From Terriglobia bacterium (GTDB lineage: Bacteria; Acidobacteriota; Terriglobia; Bryobacterales; Bryobacteraceae), in assembly GCA_963742255.1 (NCBI GenBank), contig CAVUKW010000007.1, forward strand, positions 1,680-65,679: 64,000 nt of DNA, given 5' to 3'. Position 1 is the first letter of the stretch. Each line of letters starts with the position of its first letter. The translations under genes and the position numbers were made by a program. Below, in pieces: positions 62,684-64,000 of the stretch. The notes beneath the pieces are model-generated. The model saw nothing but the letters and a program-made list of their open reading frames with translations, was not told the origin of the DNA and did no database searches.

Positions 62684-64000
62684 GTCCCAGCCTCCAAGTC
62701 GCCGACGCGCTGGCGGCCGCCTGTGCGCAGAGCCATGCGGCGGGCGGTCGGACTACCTGCTGGATCGCCAGCATCCGCGACGGATACTGGTGGGCCGACC
62801 TCACCGCCGACACCACGCTCGAATCGGACTTCATTCTGCTGGAACTGTGGCGGCATCCGCCGGTCAGGACGGCGTCTGGAATCCGCCCACGCGGCCGCTG
62901 ATCGACAAAGCGGTTCGCTCGATTCTGGCGCGGCAGTTGCCCGATGGCGGCTTCAACATTTACGCCGAAGGGCCTTCGGAAATCAGCGCGACGGTGAAGG
63001 CGTACACCGCGCTGAAGCTGGCGGGCCTGGCTTACGACGATCCGAACCTGGCGCGGGCGCGCGAGCGGATTCTGGCGCTGGGCGGACTGCAGGCGGCCAA
63101 CAGCTACGTCAAGGTCAACCTGAGCCTGTTCGGGCTGTATCCGCGCGAGCACACGCCGTCGATTCCACCCGAGTTCATGCTGCTGGGCAAGTTGATCTAC
63201 GAGATGTCGTCGTGGACGCGGGCGATCGTGATTCCGCTGTCGATCGTGCACGCGATGAATCCGCAGCGCCCGGTGCCGGCCGGGATTCACGCTGAACGAA
63301 CTGTTCGTGCCCGGCGTGCCGCTCGAATTTCCGAACGACGAAGGCTTCTTCAGCTGGCGCAATTTCTTCCTGCAGGCCGACAAGTTCCTGAAGTTCTGGG
63401 AGCGGCACGGGTCGCGAGGCCTGCGCACGAAAGCGATCCGCCGCGCCGAGCAGTGGATGCTGGAGCGCACCCGCTACACCGACGGCCTGGCGGCGATCTA
63501 TCCGCCGATGATGTACGTCATCATGGCGCTCGATCTGCTGGGCTATCCCAAGGATCATCCCGACGTCAAGGAAGCCGAGAAGCAGTTCTTCAACCTGCTG
63601 GTGGACGACGAGCGCGGCTTCTTCTTCCAGCCGTGTTTCTCGGTGGTCTGGGACACGGCGATCGCGGCGTACGCGCTGGGCGAATCCGGGCGTGGCGCCG
63701 GATCACGCGCTGACGCGCTGCGCGGACTGGCTGCTGACCAAGGAAGTCCGGCGCAAGGGCGACTGGGCGATCAAGCGTCCGAACGTCGAGCCGTCGGGCT
63801 GGTATTTCGAATTCGCCAACGAGTTTTATCCGGACATCGACGACACGGCGCAGGTGCTGCTGGCGCTGGCGCGACGCGCAGGCGCCGAGCGGCCAAGCAG
63901 GACGCCTGCGTGAAGCGCGCGGTCGAACTGGCTGCTCGCCATGCAATCGAAAGACGGCGGCTGGGCGGCGTTCGACGTCGACAACAACTGGCAATTTCTG
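62680..64000 (+). CDS. shc: Squalene-hopene cyclase, 5' two-thirds, several frameshifts; runs off the 3' edge
   Basis: ATG at 62680 (ATGA overlap with ispH). Pieces 62680..62901, 62550..63713 (ILARQLPDGGFNIY...) and 63692..63913 (YPDIDDTAQVLLAL = DxDD motif). Final frame MQSKDGGWAAFD. Confidence 0.85.

Overview
The window is composite. Bases 1 to about 5.95 kb are very GC-rich and carry an actinomycete-type (Streptomyces-like) regulatory gene set: an XRE/DUF5753 + DUF397 + anti-sigma-type ATPase 'WhiJ-like' triad, two mini GntR-type wHTH proteins and further XRE proteins. This block ends in an ORF that is cut off mid-domain. From about 6.0 kb to the end the sequence is a different, moderately GC-rich genome with gene content that looks like Acidobacteriota. 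It includes tandem MacB/FtsX permeases, an S9 peptidase, an LplT-PlsC-Aas fusion, an AmiE-like/NamZ fusion, phhB, a TM-MutS paralog, a Memo-like protein, tldD-pmbA, cdnL, ileS-lspA, two TA pairs, a CHASE2 kinase with an NtrC-type regulator, Rrf2-cysK, an AddAB-type helicase-nuclease, kbl, trxC and ispH-shc. The most unusual biology is an accessory island at about 32.6-40.65 kb between tldD and cdnL. It holds three copies of a RayT-like HUH (Y1) transposase: one intact, one divergent, one decayed. It also holds five copies of a 60-80 nt REP-like unit built around the perfect palindrome GGGACGGAGCGCTCCGTCCC, a second hairpin class (GGGACAG-N-CTGTCCC), and a RidA-NmrA-TetR cassette bracketed by near-identical direct REP units. 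A truncated IS3-family element there disrupts a small secreted-protein gene. No rRNA, tRNA or CRISPR array was found. Many genes, including housekeeping genes, are broken by frameshifts. The breaks fall in multi-kb blocks that alternate with blocks of perfectly intact long ORFs, which points to assembly or consensus errors rather than real pseudogenes. All family calls come from motifs read by eye; no database search was possible.
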